A stretch of DNA of 64,000 bases from contig JAHLWZ010000222.1 in assembly GCA_020536535.1 (NCBI GenBank), forward strand, positions 124,001 to 188,000, in the 5' to 3' direction. The stretch's first letter is position 1, and every line of letters starts with the position of its first letter. The position numbers and the translations under genes are program-made. Of the stretch, positions 62,001-64,000 are shown piece by piece. Below the pieces are notes generated by a model that ran no database searches, was not told the origin of the DNA, and was given only the letters and a program-made list of their open reading frames with translations. Source of the DNA: Pelomyxa schiedti. Its lineage: Eukaryota; Protista; Evosea.

Positions 62001-64000
62001 CGTGTCGTGGTATTGAAAGAAACATGTGAATCAAAGCCTCCCGTTCCTATTCCCAAAAAAGTGTCAAGATGGTCATTAATTAATTAAAGAGCAGTCACCT
62101 TTCTGAGAAGAACCATGGCACGGCCAAAGAGCAAAAAACCACTTAGCAGTACCTACTGAATTTAGAAGGACAAAGGGAAGTTATAGCTTGAGTACAATTA
62201 AAGTCGTTATTGGTAATAATACAGCAAGTATAGTGATGGACTTTTTAGATTCATGAGAGGAAATGTCATGGTAAGCTTGAACAAGGTTATCAAGAGCTTC
62301 ACGGATAACAAGTTTCCCATTATCCTAGTGTCCAAACAAAATTTAGTTGTTGCAAAGCCATCACTGAGAGCAAACCAGTATATATCTGACATCAGGGAGA
62401 ACAACAAACGAACTGTCATCAATAGAATTAGGTGATATCTGTGACGTCGAAAGTAGGTTTCTCTTAAAATCAGAAAGCATCTCTCGCAAGGAAACTAGCA
62501 TAAAAGTTCTGCTGAAGGTGTACTCATTCCAAAAGGAAACATTGTGTTTTTGCTCTGTCCATATTGAAAAAGGCACCATTGCATTTGATGAAGCATCCGA
62601 GTCTATTTGGAGTAAGTGACAGAAATCCTTCTTTGATGTCGCATACATAAAGTATTTACAAGCCCATCTAGGGTACTGGCAACAGTCCGTAATCGTTCAC
62701 CAGCTGTTGTAAAGCTCATGTTTTGCCCATGTCTAAGGTGATTGATCATATCCTCTGTATTAAACGTTCCAGCTGGGATGTAACTATTCTCGATTACCTC
62801 AAACCTTGCCGAAAAAGAAAAACCACCTTCGTGCCAGTGATGCTTCATACATAAGGTAGTAAGATTGACGCTGTATTTTAAGTCCTCTTCGCACACAGAT
62901 GAACGCAAGAGTTACATTGAAAATGACCACAGCCACTATTATGATGGTGGAAATCATCAGTTGCCTGGTTCAAGGAGTTTTAGAGGGAAAAAGCAAACGG
63001 GTATTAAAGTGCTCATACCAGTATACTGAACTTCTCAATTTTAGGATCTTCTCTTTGTAGACTTGCCATTGCTTGGAATTTACACCTGAATTAAGGTTTG
63101 CTGCCTCACCTTCAAGCATCTCATCAGCTTTGCTTTGTTCTAATGTACGTGGCTCTTCGTGCCTCACACTTAGTTCCGGGAGTTGAGCCTGGGAGTGCAT
63201 GGCAGAATTCAGGGAGGTAGTAAACGCTACAGTAGTCTTTCTATGATGTCCTTCATACCCCGGATCCAACATTTCTTTTTTCTTTGCGGTTACTTCGTAG
63301 TTTTGTGTATCTTCCAAATCAAAGTCAATTGGTGCCACGGAATTCTTCTTCTTGAATCGGGGAGGTTGTTTGGTACCCTTGTTGTGGTGTGACTTCCCCT
63401 ATTGGTGGATGAATAACACATAACGGGTCTTTCTCACAACCTGCATTTCTTCAATAAAATCTGCTCGGGCATACATTGAGGATGCAACCTCGTAGTCATT
63501 ACGAATTTGCTCCAAAAAATGGCCGTAGTGCCTAGTAGCTTTCTTAAGGTAAAGATGTATTTTTAACATAGATACCGCAAAACCTGTAAAAGTGGAAAAG
63601 TTGGATGTAAGTTCAAGTTAAAGCCAATGAAAGAACAATACCGTTGTAGCTTTCGGATATTTAGCTTGCAGTCTTTCAAATATGGTAATTGTACGATGGC
63701 AAGCTTGGTCAAACTTGGACAAAGTATTCTGCAGCTCCTCTACCGAATCTGTCAACAAGAGCTGCCAAAATTTGCAACGCAGATCAGTGGCTTTCTTTGT
63801 ATATTTATCTGCCTCCTTGCAACCCTAATTTTCCAAACATAAGTATTCATGAGAGGAATGTACATAAAACCATCAGTATTTCTTCAAATCCTCCATCTCT
63901 TGATTGCACTACCACTTTACGATATTCTTCCATTCTATGGATTAGTAATTGAATATCCCATGCCGGTTTGTGTTGTTGCGAGCTCCAGAGATGGATGGCA
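59007..64000 (-). CDS. Multi-pass membrane PAS-domain class III adenylyl/guanylyl cyclase (5' end outside the window)
   Basis: FADIV, VEKIKTIGDCYMA, LQIRIG, GPVVAGVIG, YDIWG, ASRMES; PAS IFNTSAQKMFGY..HKDGSKFPI; TM segments; TmcB/C-like HYGHFLEQIRNDYE..ADFIEE. Confidence 0.9.

Overview
Gene-dense, intron-rich eukaryotic DNA: short ~40-150 nt spliceosomal introns, standard code, intergenic gaps often under 200 nt, GC-rich 5' exons. Style and a lineage-type orphan family suggest a free-living amoebozoan, possibly a Pelomyxa-like archamoeba (inference only). About 25 protein genes can be reconstructed by hand. Housekeeping genes: DNA ligase IV, RAD21, ribosomal protein eS4, a PHO80-type cyclin, a GT31 galactosyltransferase, a RhoGAP, an HMG-box protein and a PAS-containing class III nucleotide cyclase. 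The notable part is 29.9-56.9 kb, which is enriched in conflict/innate-immunity-type genes: an ankyrin/glycine-zipper R-S-E ADP-ribosyltransferase; a GBP/RHD3-like GTPase with a split RING finger; a prokaryote/phage-type radical SAM-SPASM enzyme with a Cx7Cx2C motif (largely invisible in the ORF track); an SH2 kinase; a giant-virus-like DUF6939/NADAR-like gene; a ~9 kb SH2/pseudokinase/IFI44-like GTPase/ankyrin gene; and a cpYpsA SLOG gene. Several gene models need GC-AG introns. No tRNA, rRNA, CRISPR array or intact transposon was recognised. All family calls come from motif recognition, not database searches, and internal exon boundaries are approximate.
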